Part shown: positions 29,835-39,578 of the stretch, piece by piece
Position numbering within the stretch: the first letter of the stretch is position 1
Layout: each line of letters opens with the position of its first letter
Source: Dehalococcoidia bacterium
Lineage (GTDB): Bacteria; Chloroflexota; Dehalococcoidia; Bin125
Assembly (NCBI GenBank): GCA_963663235.2
Contig: CAXXNO010000008.1
Span: 128,001 to 192,000 of the forward strand
DNA length: 64,000 nt
Reading direction: 5' to 3'
The notes under the pieces: model-generated
Database searches by the model: none
Told to the model about the DNA's origin: nothing
The model's input: only the letters and a program-made list of their open reading frames with translations
Program-made: the position numbers and the translations under genes

Positions 29835-30709
29835 CGGCATCCGTGCTCGGCGGCGCGCCGCCGCTGCCCGCTTCCGGCGCCAGCGGCGGCCGGGCCGAGT
29901 TCCGCTTCGAGCGCGCGCCCGGTGGTCGCACCTATTTGGCGGGGCAGTACGTCGAGTACCCGTACCACGTTACCCGTCCCCTCTATCTCGAGCCCTCGTG
30001 GCCGGAGCTGCCCATGCTGTGTGTGCAGTCGGCATCGGGCGGTCTCTTCCAGGGCGACCGGCTGCAACTGACGGCTGCGCTGGGGCAGGAAGCCGCGGTT
30101 CAGGTGACCACGCAGTCCGCGACCAAGGCCCACAGGATGCAGCGCGATCACGCAGTCCAGTCGGTTGATCTCGCTCTCGCCCCTGGAAGCTATCTCGAAT
30201 ACCTCGCCGATCCCCTCATCCTGTTTCCCGGCGCCCGCGTCCTCGCGTCCGTGGCGGTACGCCTCAGCGAAGATTCCTCCGCGATCGTGCGGGAGTCGTT
30301 CCTCCACCATGACCCGGCCGGTTCGCGCGAGGCGGCTTTTAGTCTCCTTGTCAGCGAGGTTGCCATCTCCCGTCCAGACGGGACACTGCTCGCCCTGGAC
30401 CGGCAGCGGATCTGTCCGGCCGGCGATACGCGGGAAGTCCGCGATCTCTTGCGCCGCTTTCCTGCGCAGGGGGCCGTCTATGCGCTCGGCGCTTCGTCTC
30501 TGCCTCAACTCACGGAACAGCTGCGCCACGCGCTCGATGCATCCCCCGCCTGCTACGGCGGGGCCTCCGCCCTCCCCAATGGCTGCGGGGCGTACCTGCG
30601 CGTACTCGCCCCGGATGGTGAATCACTGCGGGCCGCTCTCGACCTCGCCTGCGCCGCTGCCCGTTGGTCGATCACGCGCCGTCCCGTCTCCCATCACTGG
30701 CGGAAGTAA
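29831..30709 (+). CDS. ureD: Urease accessory protein UreD/UreH
   Basis: [26 protein letters not shown]. Confidence 0.9.
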   Translation: MTASVLGGAPPLPASGASGGRAEFRFERAPGGRTYLAGQYVEYPYHVTRPLYLEPSWPELPMLCVQSASGGLFQGDRLQLTAALGQEAAVQVTTQSATKAHRMQRDHAVQSVDLALAPGSYLEYLADPLILFPGARVLASVAVRLSEDSSAIVRESFLHHDPAGSREAAFSLLVSEVAISRPDGTLLALDRQRICPAGDTREVRDLLRRFPAQGAVYALGASSLPQLTEQLRHALDASPACYGGASALPNGCGAYLRVLAPDGESLRAALDLACAAARWSITRRPVSHHWRK

Positions 30710-30858
30710 GGGGCGCCCTGTTGCCCCGCAGCGGGCTGTCCTCGCCGACCGTCTTCTATTAACTGCCCGGCAGGCGACCGCTTGTCTCATTCGCCGCCTG
30801 TAGGAAGGGCACAACGATCTGGTCTCCAATCGCCGTTGGCAAGAGCGCCGGGCTCATC

Positions 30859-32127
30859 TTGGCCGGCCGGCGCAAGGTCTACTACGGCTGGTGGCTGCTC
30901 GCCGCCGTCGTGCCGGCGCAGGCTGTGCTCACCGGTGTCTCCTTCTGGTCGTTCGGCCTCTACATCAAGCCGCTGGAAGATCAGTTCGGCTGGTCGCGTG
31001 CGGAGGTATCGCTCGGCTTCTCCGTCGCGCTGCTGATCAGCGGCCTCACCGCGCCGCTCGTCGGCAAGGCGATCGACGTCTATGGCCCCCGGCGGGTAAT
31101 CGTCATCGGCGCGGTCCTGTCGGTCGCCAGCTACCTCCTGCTCGCCACCACCAGTTCGCTGTGGCAGTGGTACGCGTACCAGTCGATCAACGCCGTCTTC
31201 CGGCAAATGATCTTCTTCATCCCCTTCACGGCCCTGATCGCGATCTGGTTCGATCGGCGGCGCGGTACCGCGATCGGCATTCTCGCCACCGGCTTCGCGC
31301 TCGGCGGCATGGTCATGGTGCCCGTGATGCGGGTCGTTATCGACTCTGTCGAATGGGATGGCTCTTTCCTCGTCTCTGCGGCGCTGATTGGCGTGCTCTT
31401 TCTGCCGCTGGGGCTCCTGCTGGTCCGGAACCGCCCCGCCGACGTGGGCGCGGAGGTGGATGGGGAGCCGCGGTTGGGCGCCGCGCCGAAAGCGCCGGTC
31501 GCTCCGGTCGGGATGACCCTCAGTCAGGCGCTGCGGACGCCGCTGTTCTGGGCGCTCGCCCTGGCATTCGCGTTCTTCTTCTACGGCCTCTTCGGATGGA
31601 CCGTGCATGCCATCCCCTACTACGAGTCCGTCGGCCTCTCGCCGGGCTGGGCCGTGGCTTTCTTCTCCATCGCCTCCGGCGCCGCCGTGCTCACTCGCCT
31701 GACGTTCGGAATCCTTGCGGACCGGATCCGCAACATCGAGAGGGCCGCTGCCATACTCGCCGTTTTTTTGGTGGTCGCCATGCTGGTCCTGTACGTGACG
31801 GCCGGGTCGACGCTTGGGTTGGCGCTCTTCGTGCCCCTCTTCGTGATCGGCACCGGCGGCGGACCCATGTTCGAGCCGCTCTTGCTCACCCGGTCCTTCG
31901 GTATCGCTCACTTCGGCACGATCCTGGGCGCCGTGGCGGCGGTGGACACGGTGGGCCTCGTGATCAGCCCCACCGTGGCCGGCGCAATCTTCGACGCCAC
32001 CGGCGCCTATGATTGGGCGCTGGTGATGTTCATCGGGGCCTTCGGCGCGTCGTCGGCTCTGTTCTGGGTGGCAGGACGGCTGCGACATCCGGCTCCCACG
32101 CCGCCGCGGCCCGCTCTGGAGCCGTAA
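30859..32127 (+). CDS. MFS transporter
   Basis: About 12 hydrophobic segments; YYGW, FGWSRA, GKAIDVYGPRR, WFDRRRG. Confidence 0.9.
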   Translation: MAGRRKVYYGWWLLAAVVPAQAVLTGVSFWSFGLYIKPLEDQFGWSRAEVSLGFSVALLISGLTAPLVGKAIDVYGPRRVIVIGAVLSVASYLLLATTSSLWQWYAYQSINAVFRQMIFFIPFTALIAIWFDRRRGTAIGILATGFALGGMVMVPVMRVVIDSVEWDGSFLVSAALIGVLFLPLGLLLVRNRPADVGAEVDGEPRLGAAPKAPVAPVGMTLSQALRTPLFWALALAFAFFFYGLFGWTVHAIPYYESVGLSPGWAVAFFSIASGAAVLTRLTFGILADRIRNIERAAAILAVFLVVAMLVLYVTAGSTLGLALFVPLFVIGTGGGPMFEPLLLTRSFGIAHFGTILGAVAAVDTVGLVISPTVAGAIFDATGAYDWALVMFIGAFGASSALFWVAGRLRHPAPTPPRPALEP

Positions 32128-32230
32128 GCGGGGCCTCCGGCCAAGTCGCCTGCAGGGAGAGCGCGACAGTAGCCACGGGGATGGCCTAGCGTAGCCCAGC
32201 AGATGGCCAGCGTCGGCGACAAGGAGACAC

Positions 32231-33469
32231 ATGACCCGGCAGGCCCTCGAGCACCTACGTATTTGTGACTTCACGGGTCAGCTGGCTGGTGCGGGCGCGA
32301 CAAAGTTCCTCGCCGCCTTCGGAGCGCAGGTGATCCGCATTGAGGATCCGGCGGTGCAGGGCCGCTGGGACGTCCTCCGGGGCGCGCCACCCTTTGTTGA
32401 CCGTCGCCGCGGCATCAACTTGGGTGGCGCCTTCAACAACCACAACGTGGAGAAGCTAGGCATCACGATCGATCTCCGCAGCGAAAAAGGCCGCGATCTC
32501 CTTCGACGCCTCATCGCCGTCTCCGACGCAGTCACCGAGAACTTCTCCGCCGGCGTGCTGGAGCGGCTGGGCTTCGGCTACGAGCAACTCAAGGCGATCA
32601 AGCCTGACATCGTCTATGTCTCCAATTGTGGATTCGGCCACTCCGGCCCCTATCGCGACTACAAGACCTGGGGGCCCGTTGTGCAGGCGGTCTCCGGCCT
32701 GACGTTTACTTCTGGCCTGCCCGATCTGCCGCCGGCTGGCTGGGGCTACTCCTATATGGATCACACCGGCGCCTACTTCATGGCCATGGCGGTGCTCTTG
32801 GCGCTCAAGCACCGCAACCGCACCGGCGAAGGCCAGCATGTCGACATGGCCGCAACCGAAGCCGCCGCCGCGCTGAGCGGCCCCGCGATCCTCGACTACA
32901 CGGTCAACGGGCGGCCGTCGCGCCGCGCGGGCATGCCGCACAGCAATCGCAGCCAGTATCCGCCGATGGCGCCGCACGGCGTGTATCCCGCCGCCGGCGA
33001 CGACGACTGGGTGGCGATCGCTTGCCGCAACGACGCCGACTGGCATGCCATCCAGCGTGTCGTCGACGAGCCCTGGGTTCATAAGGACTGCTTTGCCCGG
33101 CTCCAGGGCCGCCGCGAACACGAGGACGACCTGGACGCGCGCGTGGGAGAGTGGACCCGTCGGCGCGATCCGCGCGAGACGGCGCGGCTCCTCCAAGCTG
33201 CCGGTGTTCCGGCTTCGGCAGTCCAGCGGCCGCAGCAACGGATCGACCAGGACCCCAACACGAGCGCATGGGGTCTCTGGCCCACCGTCAATCACGCGGA
33301 GATGGGCGAGGTCCGCGTCGACGGCATCCCGGTGCATCTCTCCGAGACGGATTGGTCCATCACCCGTGCCGCACCGCGTTTGGGCGAGCACAACGACTAC
33401 GTCTTCGGCGAGATCCTGGGCCTGAGCACCGGAGAAATCGAGGGACTGCGGGCGGAGGGCGTGATTTGA
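32231..33469 (+). CDS. Class III CoA-transferase (CaiB/BaiF)
   Basis: LAAFGAQVIRIE, ENFSAGVLERLG, GFGHSGP, YMDH catalytic Asp, APRLGEH. Confidence 0.92.
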   Translation: MTRQALEHLRICDFTGQLAGAGATKFLAAFGAQVIRIEDPAVQGRWDVLRGAPPFVDRRRGINLGGAFNNHNVEKLGITIDLRSEKGRDLLRRLIAVSDAVTENFSAGVLERLGFGYEQLKAIKPDIVYVSNCGFGHSGPYRDYKTWGPVVQAVSGLTFTSGLPDLPPAGWGYSYMDHTGAYFMAMAVLLALKHRNRTGEGQHVDMAATEAAAALSGPAILDYTVNGRPSRRAGMPHSNRSQYPPMAPHGVYPAAGDDDWVAIACRNDADWHAIQRVVDEPWVHKDCFARLQGRREHEDDLDARVGEWTRRRDPRETARLLQAAGVPASAVQRPQQRIDQDPNTSAWGLWPTVNHAEMGEVRVDGIPVHLSETDWSITRAAPRLGEHNDYVFGEILGLSTGEIEGLRAEGVI

Positions 33470-34752
33470 CCGACGACTCGTTGCCGGGTGCGCTCGCCGG
33501 CTTGCGCGTGATCGAGTGGTGCGACGAGAAGGGCGCGTATGCCGGCAAGCTCTTAGCCGACATGGGTGCCGATGTCATCAAGGTCGAGCCGCTTCACGGC
33601 GATCCCACCCGCCAGTACGCGCCCTTCGCCGACGACCAGCCGCATCCGGAGCGCAGCCTCTGGTGGTGGCAGTACAACACCAGCAAACGAGGCATCACGC
33701 TGAACCTGGAGGTGGAGCGAGGTCGTCAGCTGTTCCAGGAGTTGGTCGCCACCGCGGACGTGGTCATCGAGAGTCGGCCGCCGGGGGAGATGGCCGCTTG
33801 GGGTATCGACTACGGTGACCTCAAGCCGCGCAACGCCTCCTTGATCTGGGTCGCGATCACCCCCTTCGGCCGCGACGGCTCCCGCGCCCACGAAGAAGCG
33901 ACCGACCTCACCCTCCTCGCCGGCGGCGGCCCGGTCTGGATGAACGGCTACGACGACCATTCGCTGCCCCCTGTTCGCGGTGGTGGCAACCAGGGCTATC
34001 ACACGGGCTGCCACTACGCGTTCTTGACGCTCTTGGTCGCGCTCCTGCACCGCGACGAGACCGGTGAAGGCCAATTCATCGACGTGAACATGCACGCCGC
34101 CGCCAACGTCACTACTGAGGCCGGTAGCTATGAGTGGCTCGTCCGGCAGCGCACCGTGCAGCGCCAGACCGGCCGGCACGCGGCGGCGAATCCCACCATC
34201 CCCACGCAGGTTCGCTGCGCCGACGGCGTCTACATCAATACCGGCATCGCGCCCCGCCGGCCCCACGAGTTCCGCCGCATCCACGACTGGCTCGAGGACC
34301 TCTGCCTCCTCGACCAATTCGATGCGGCGCCGATCTTGCTCGTGGCAGCCGAGGGCGAGGAGATCCCGCCCGGCCGCATCTACGATGACGAAGAGGCTGC
34401 GGCCAAGGTCACCGCCGGCCGCGAAGGGATCAACGTCATCGCCGCCAATCTCACGGCTGGCGAGTTCTTCAGTCAGGGACAGGCGCGCGGTTTCCAGTTC
34501 GGCATCGTCTACGCACCGGAGGAGATGATGGAGGACCGGCACTTTATCGCGCGCGGGTTCCCGGTAGAAGTCGAGCATCCCGAGTTGGGCCGCGCGTTCC
34601 GCTATCCCGGCGCGCCCTATCGCTTCCAGCGCTCACCTTGGCGGATCGCGGGCCGTGCTCCACTGCTGGGCGAGGACAATGGTGCCGTATACGGCGAGCT
34701 CGGCCTGAGCGACCAGGATCTGGCGCAACTGAAGGCGGACGGGGTGATCTAG
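33466..34752 (+). CDS. Class III CoA-transferase subunit (CaiB/BaiF)
   Basis: LADMGADVIKVEP, NTSKRGITLNL, APLLGED; TTG start overlaps the upstream stop. Confidence 0.9.
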   Translation: MTDDSLPGALAGLRVIEWCDEKGAYAGKLLADMGADVIKVEPLHGDPTRQYAPFADDQPHPERSLWWWQYNTSKRGITLNLEVERGRQLFQELVATADVVIESRPPGEMAAWGIDYGDLKPRNASLIWVAITPFGRDGSRAHEEATDLTLLAGGGPVWMNGYDDHSLPPVRGGGNQGYHTGCHYAFLTLLVALLHRDETGEGQFIDVNMHAAANVTTEAGSYEWLVRQRTVQRQTGRHAAANPTIPTQVRCADGVYINTGIAPRRPHEFRRIHDWLEDLCLLDQFDAAPILLVAAEGEEIPPGRIYDDEEAAAKVTAGREGINVIAANLTAGEFFSQGQARGFQFGIVYAPEEMMEDRHFIARGFPVEVEHPELGRAFRYPGAPYRFQRSPWRIAGRAPLLGEDNGAVYGELGLSDQDLAQLKADGVI

Positions 34753-35447
34753 CGCTGAGTCTCTTCCGCCCGGGCAACCGGCCGTCGTGGCTGGAAAAGC
34801 CAGACCTCCGGCTCGCTGGGAAGATCATTCGGGCCGATGGCGAGCGAATCGACGTCCAGCCGCCGCACCGTGTGCTGTCTCGCCAGCCATGCAATCGGCG
34901 GCTTCAGCGTGGATTCCACCGTGGTCAACCCCTCGATGTAATAGTGCATCGGAATGACCACGCGCGGCGCCAGCAACGCCACGACGTGATCGATCTCCTC
35001 GTAGCTCAGTAGGTGACAGGAGTCGTCCACGGTGATCATCAGGACATCGACATCGCCGAGCTCCTCCTGCGCGGCCGCCGGGATCTCGTGGCGGTTATCG
35101 CCCAGATGGCAATACCGCACGCCGCCACTCTGAATCGTGAAGATGGTGTTCCGCATCCGGCCCTGGCCGGGCGCGCTGACATGGATGTCTGACACGCCGC
35201 ACACCGTCACGTCGCGGCGCCGAAACTCCCCGGGGCCTCGCAGCACCGACGGCTGTCCGGGCAAGCCATCGACGGCGTTGTGATCGAAGTGCTCATGGGT
35301 CACGAGCGCGATCTCCGTTTTGACGGAGGGTGTCGGCGCCAGAAACCAGCGATAGCGGGAAGTGTTGCCGAACGGATCGCTGAGGACGCTGACCCCCTGG
35401 GGCGACGTCCACATGAAGGTGCAATGCCCATAGTACGTCAGCGTCAT
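34749..35447 (-). CDS. MBL-fold metallo-hydrolase
   Basis: YYGHCTF, VTHEHFDHN, HLGD, IPMHY. Confidence 0.88.
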   Translation of the reverse strand: MTLTYYGHCTFMWTSPQGVSVLSDPFGNTSRYRWFLAPTPSVKTEIALVTHEHFDHNAVDGLPGQPSVLRGPGEFRRRDVTVCGVSDIHVSAPGQGRMRNTIFTIQSGGVRYCHLGDNRHEIPAAAQEELGDVDVLMITVDDSCHLLSYEEIDHVVALLAPRVVIPMHYYIEGLTTVESTLKPPIAWLARQHTVRRLDVDSLAIGPNDLPSEPEVWLFQPRRPVARAEETQR

Positions 35448-35528
35448 GCTCGGCACTGTAGCAGTGGCGCCGAGGTCCGTCGTAGAGTTGGATGGCAGAA
35501 AGCAGCGTGCCGCTCTCCCATCGGTCGA

Positions 35529-35921
35529 TCAGTCACGCAGCTCATCAAGACGATGGAGGAGGGCCGACACGCCCGACACTCCCGCTCCCAGCTCCTGCAC
35601 GCGCTGCCGCAACGTGCGGTCTGACGTCACCACCGTCAGCGACTCTGGCATGGAATCGTCCGCCACTATCTCCACGATGCGGTCGTCGGCGGCATCGCGA
35701 CCCCGACGACGCGCGTAGAGGAGCTGCACGCCCTCGTACTTGCCCTCCGGAAAGCCCGGCAGCGGGCGCCCCTCCAGCACAACGCTCACGCTCTCGCCGG
35801 TCTCGGCCGCGAGGTGCTGGAGTCGCTCAATCAGCGACCGCGCCGCTGCGGGGCGATCGCGCCACCATCCCGATGGCCTCGCCCCGATGACGTTCATCGC
35901 GTCCACGACGAGACGGGTCAC
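35529..35921 (-). CDS. NYN/YacP-like PIN-domain protein
   Basis: LVVDAMNV, ADDRI, VVTSDRTL. Confidence 0.8.
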   Translation of the reverse strand: MTRLVVDAMNVIGARPSGWWRDRPAAARSLIERLQHLAAETGESVSVVLEGRPLPGFPEGKYEGVQLLYARRRGRDAADDRIVEIVADDSMPESLTVVTSDRTLRQRVQELGAGVSGVSALLHRLDELRD

Positions 35922-35972
35922 CTCACCGCCGCCTGGGGCAGCCCGCTGTGCGGACGGCTCGCACGCACAGCG

Positions 35973-36737
35973 CTATCGCAGTCGCTGCTCGCCGACCCCC
36001 GGCATGATCCACACCGTCGGTTCGGGCGCTGCAAATTGCAGCCCCTCCTGGTCAGGCGTCAGGCCGGTGATTGTCAGCTGAAACGGTGTCAGGTAGCGGA
36101 TCTCTCCGCCCTCCAAGCGAAACGGTCGGTCGTGGCCCGGGTACACAATGTCGGCGGCTCCCAGCATCTTCCGGATGCTGTCGTTCGCTTCCTGCTCGTT
36201 CCAGAAGACCAGCGGATTCCGGCCTGTCAGCGCGATCCGAGCGAAGTGGACGGCATCGCCGCTCACACCGGCGATGCCGCTGTCGGTCTCCACGAGCAAG
36301 CCCATGCTTCCAGGTGAGTGCCCCGGCAGCTCGATGACTCGCACACCCTTGGCCAGTTCGTCGCCTTCGACGACCTCCTGAATGCGAGTGGTTTCGATTG
36401 CCACGCCCGTCCATTGGGGCGTGGCCCAGTCGTTGGCGTGCGGCCGCTGAGCGTAGCGGCGCTCGCGCGGATGGATCAGCATGGGCGCTCTCGGGAAAAT
36501 GTCGAAGTTCTGCACGTGGTCCCAGTGTGCGTGGGTCATGAGCACCACGTCGATGTCATCGGTGGTCAGCCCGCGTTGCGCTAATGCTTCCGTCAGGGCA
36601 ACCCGTCGACCCACATGCGCCGTATCCACTAGGATTCTGCGCCCCTCGGATTCCACCAGGAGGACAGAGCAGAAGGCGGGCCGGCCGCTATCAGTCCCCC
36701 ACGACATACCGGGTAGCAAGACGTCGACCGTAGCCAT
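35973..36737 (-). CDS. MBL-fold metallo-hydrolase (lactonase-like)
   Basis: ILVDT, THAHWDH, PGHSPG, SGDA, YPGHD; GAGGAGG RBS. Confidence 0.88.
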   Translation of the reverse strand: MATVDVLLPGMSWGTDSGRPAFCSVLLVESEGRRILVDTAHVGRRVALTEALAQRGLTTDDIDVVLMTHAHWDHVQNFDIFPRAPMLIHPRERRYAQRPHANDWATPQWTGVAIETTRIQEVVEGDELAKGVRVIELPGHSPGSMGLLVETDSGIAGVSGDAVHFARIALTGRNPLVFWNEQEANDSIRKMLGAADIVYPGHDRPFRLEGGEIRYLTPFQLTITGLTPDQEGLQFAAPEPTVWIMPGVGEQRLR

Positions 36738-37262
36738 TGATTCCTCCTCTTGCGCGATGGATATGCATTCGATGATCGCTGCGTACGCCGTCTGACCGGC
36801 GTATTCTGCGCGAACCGTTGCCGGAGGTCCATTCCGGCAGTGATCACGCGTCTGTGTCCCGCCGTGGGGGACTCGCGCCGTCCCGATTCCGCACATCCTT
36901 CTCCGTGAATCGCCGGGCGCTGGTGGAGCCGATGTCGGCTGGGCCTTCCGGTGATGGGCGGCACGACGCCGTCCACCCGCCGATGATGCCGGCCTAGAGC
37001 GGGATTCGGCCCACGCCGTCTGACCGCCCTGCCCATTCGGCCGGGTCGTGCCGCGGCGAGTCCTCGATTCCGAGCGTCCCGTCCAAACTCCCACGTCGGC
37101 CATTCGCGTGCTGCGACGCCGCCTTCCGCGACCAGGACATGGAAATCGCCCGATCTCTCGGATGGACGTGGTCCTCCGAGTTAATGAAAGGGGACGCGTT
37201 TGTCGACGATCTGATCGGACAGGTCCCTGCGTTTTCGCGGGCGAGGGTCAAATGCGATTCCG

Positions 37263-37877
37263 ATGAATCCGACAGATTTTCTTGGGGCGACGATCGACCG
37301 GGAAGAGCCTGTGCACGCGCTTCGCGATTCGAACACGTGCCTGCCGAATGCACCACTTTTCCTCGACCGCCTCACTCACGCGTTGGTCCGGGGTACACGA
37401 TCCAACGCCGTCCTTGGCGTGCTGGTCGTCGATGTTGCGCCCGCAGTCGAGCTTGGTAATCCCGTCGACGGTGAACAGATCATGCGCACCCTGGCCGGAT
37501 GCATCACAGACACGCTGCGAAGCTCGGACACGGTTGCGCGGGTCGGCTCGGATGGATTTGCCGTCGTGCTGGAGGACGCCACAAACGCACTCAGCGCGGA
37601 GATGGTGACCGTGCGGATCCTTGACGCGCTGCGACCGCCGTTTGCCACCCAAGGACGTGAATTCCGCGTCGTTGCGAAGATCGGGCTAGCGTCCAGCATC
37701 CCGCCACATCCAAGACCGGAGGTGTTGCTGCGCGAAGCGGCGACCGCATTACACCGCGCTCAGGCCAAGGAGGGTTCGGGCTACGCGGTCTTCGACGCGT
37801 ACCACGACGCCCACGTCCTCGAGCAGCTGTCGGCGCCGCCGCGGTTCACCGCTGGCCGTGCGGCGCCTGCGGCATAG
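37263..37877 (+). CDS. Degenerate GGDEF-domain protein
   Basis: DSNTCLPN...LRSSDTVARVGSDGFAVVL...AKIGLA...LLREAATALHRA. Confidence 0.75.
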   Translation: MNPTDFLGATIDREEPVHALRDSNTCLPNAPLFLDRLTHALVRGTRSNAVLGVLVVDVAPAVELGNPVDGEQIMRTLAGCITDTLRSSDTVARVGSDGFAVVLEDATNALSAEMVTVRILDALRPPFATQGREFRVVAKIGLASSIPPHPRPEVLLREAATALHRAQAKEGSGYAVFDAYHDAHVLEQLSAPPRFTAGRAAPAA

Positions 37878-38354
37878 AGCCGTCCCATGCCGCTCCTCAG
37901 GTCGGCCCTGATGTCGGCCGGCCGGGCGGGGACCTTCTCCTCCAAGGATGGTGCGGCGGATGCTCGCCAGGGCCGGTGCTGGTACCGCAGCTGAAAGCTC
38001 GCCGGTAGTCGCGGCGGCCGCCCGGCGTCTTCATGGGCTGTACGTTCGTACCCACGCCTTCGCGCCGCCACCAAGCATCCATGCATCGTGAGGCAACCTC
38101 GGTGGTGTTGTCGTGTCGTTGGCCACCGTTACGCTTGCGTCGTGCCGAGGGGGTTCCCTCCGCTATGCTGAGGCGACCGATCCCGGGGATTTGAGCGGGA
38201 GAGGCGGAGACACTGGCGCAACGGCCGCACGCCACGACGCGAATCGGCACGTTCCGCCAGGCTGGACGTGGTGGTCAGGACGACGCGCACTTCCGGTGCC
38301 CCTGGAGCGACAGCCGACACGGCTCTCGAAAGATCCGAGAAGAGCACTCCGCAC

Positions 38355-38430
38355 GGGCCCTTAGCTCAGCTGGCAGAGCAGCGGACTTTTAATCCGAAGG
38401 TCCAGGGTTCGAATCCCTGAGGGCCCACCA
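38355..38430 (+). tRNA. tRNA-Lys (anticodon TTT)
   Basis: GGGCCCT/AGGGCCC acceptor stem, TAGCTCAG D-arm, CT-TTT-AA loop, GGTTCGAATCC T-arm, encoded CCA; 76 nt. Confidence 0.97.
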
Positions 38431-38566
38431 CCCGCTTCTTCATGGGACCGCCGCGAAGCCGGCCCGAATCGGGCCATGAGCAGCGGACTGCAAATGTTCG
38501 GCTCCGGAATGCGCTTGACTTCGTCCTCCGCCAGAGCGTCCATGGACCGGCCGAAGGGAGGCGTGC

Positions 38567-39530
38567 ATGGCGGCGGAATTCACGCCCGACCCGGGTGAGG
38601 GGACCGGCCTGGATGAGGCCATCGCGGCCTACCTGGCGGCCTGCGAGGTGGAGGGCAAGACCCCGCGCACCGTCCAGGCCTACGCCGAGACCCTGCGCCG
38701 CTTCCGCGCCATCTGCGCCGCCGAAGGCCTGCCCGATCGGGTCGCGGCCTTCCGCGCGGCCCACGTCTACGCCTTCCTCAAGGTCATCTCAGACAGCGGC
38801 GTCTCCCTAGGGACCCGGCACCGCCGCTTCCGCGAGACCCGCGCCTTCTTCTCCTGGTGCACTCGCATGGGCTATACGGCGCGGAACCCCTTCACGGGCA
38901 TCCCCAACGTCAAGGTCGAGCAGAAGGTGATCCAGCCGCTCACCGAGGACGAGATCCAGGCGCTGCTGGCGGTCTGTGATCCCGCCGGCGAGTTCGGCTG
39001 CCGCAACCGGGCGATCATTCTCCTCTTCCTCGACACCGGCCTGCGCTACGCCGAGCTCCACGGCCTCACCCTGGAGGATGTCGACTGGGAGGCCGGCCGC
39101 ATCCATGTCCGCCACGGCAAGGGGCGCAAACAGCGCGTGGTGGCGTTCGGCGCCGGGCCCTCCGGCGCCTTGCGGGACTACGTCGACCGCTTCCGCGGTG
39201 CGGTCCCGGGGGCCCTGTTCCTCACCATCCCGCGGCGGACGCAGCCGCGGCGCCCGATGAACCCGTACCTCTTGGGGACGCTCTTCCAGCGCCTGGGCGT
39301 GCGGGCCGGCGTCCACGCCAATCCCGCATCGCTTCCGGCACACCTTCGCCACCTGGGCGATCGAGAACCACGCCCGGGAGCTGGACGTGCAGTACCTCTT
39401 GGGCCACTCCACCTCGGCGATGGTGCGGCGCTACTCGGCGACCTACGACGCGGCCAAGGCGGCCGCCGCGCACGCCGCCTTCAGCCCCGCCGCCCGCTTG
39501 CTCGCAACCGAGGCCAGCGCGGGCGGCTAA
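38567..39530 (+). pseudogene. Tyrosine recombinase/integrase with an extra-base frameshift near 39326
   Basis: DTGLR, HGKGRKQR; after the shift HRFRHTFA, LLGHS, VRRY; TAA at 39528-39530. Confidence 0.85.
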
Positions 39531-39534
39531 GCCG

Positions 39535-39578
39535 GCTTCCCAAGCAGAGGGTCGCGGGTTCGAATCCCTTCTCCCGCT
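39535..39578 (+). other. 3' half of tRNA-Gly(CCC), att-like fragment
   Basis: GCTTCCCAAGCAGAGGGTCGCGGGTTCGAATCCCTTCTCCCGCT: anticodon loop, T-arm and acceptor 3' strand with no 5' half. Confidence 0.8.

Noticed and set aside
23909-32274. Long antisense ORFs (23909..25807, 27958..29271, 30787..32274 and similar)
   Set aside because: Shadow frames of high-GC genes with no motifs.
38170-38354. Glycine, ZTP or ykkC-type riboswitch
   Set aside because: Only scattered short similarities; the core consensus elements are absent and the downstream gene is a tRNA.
39535-39578. Functional tRNA-Gly gene
   Set aside because: The 5' acceptor strand and D-arm are missing, and the 3' end is cut by an IS before CCA.
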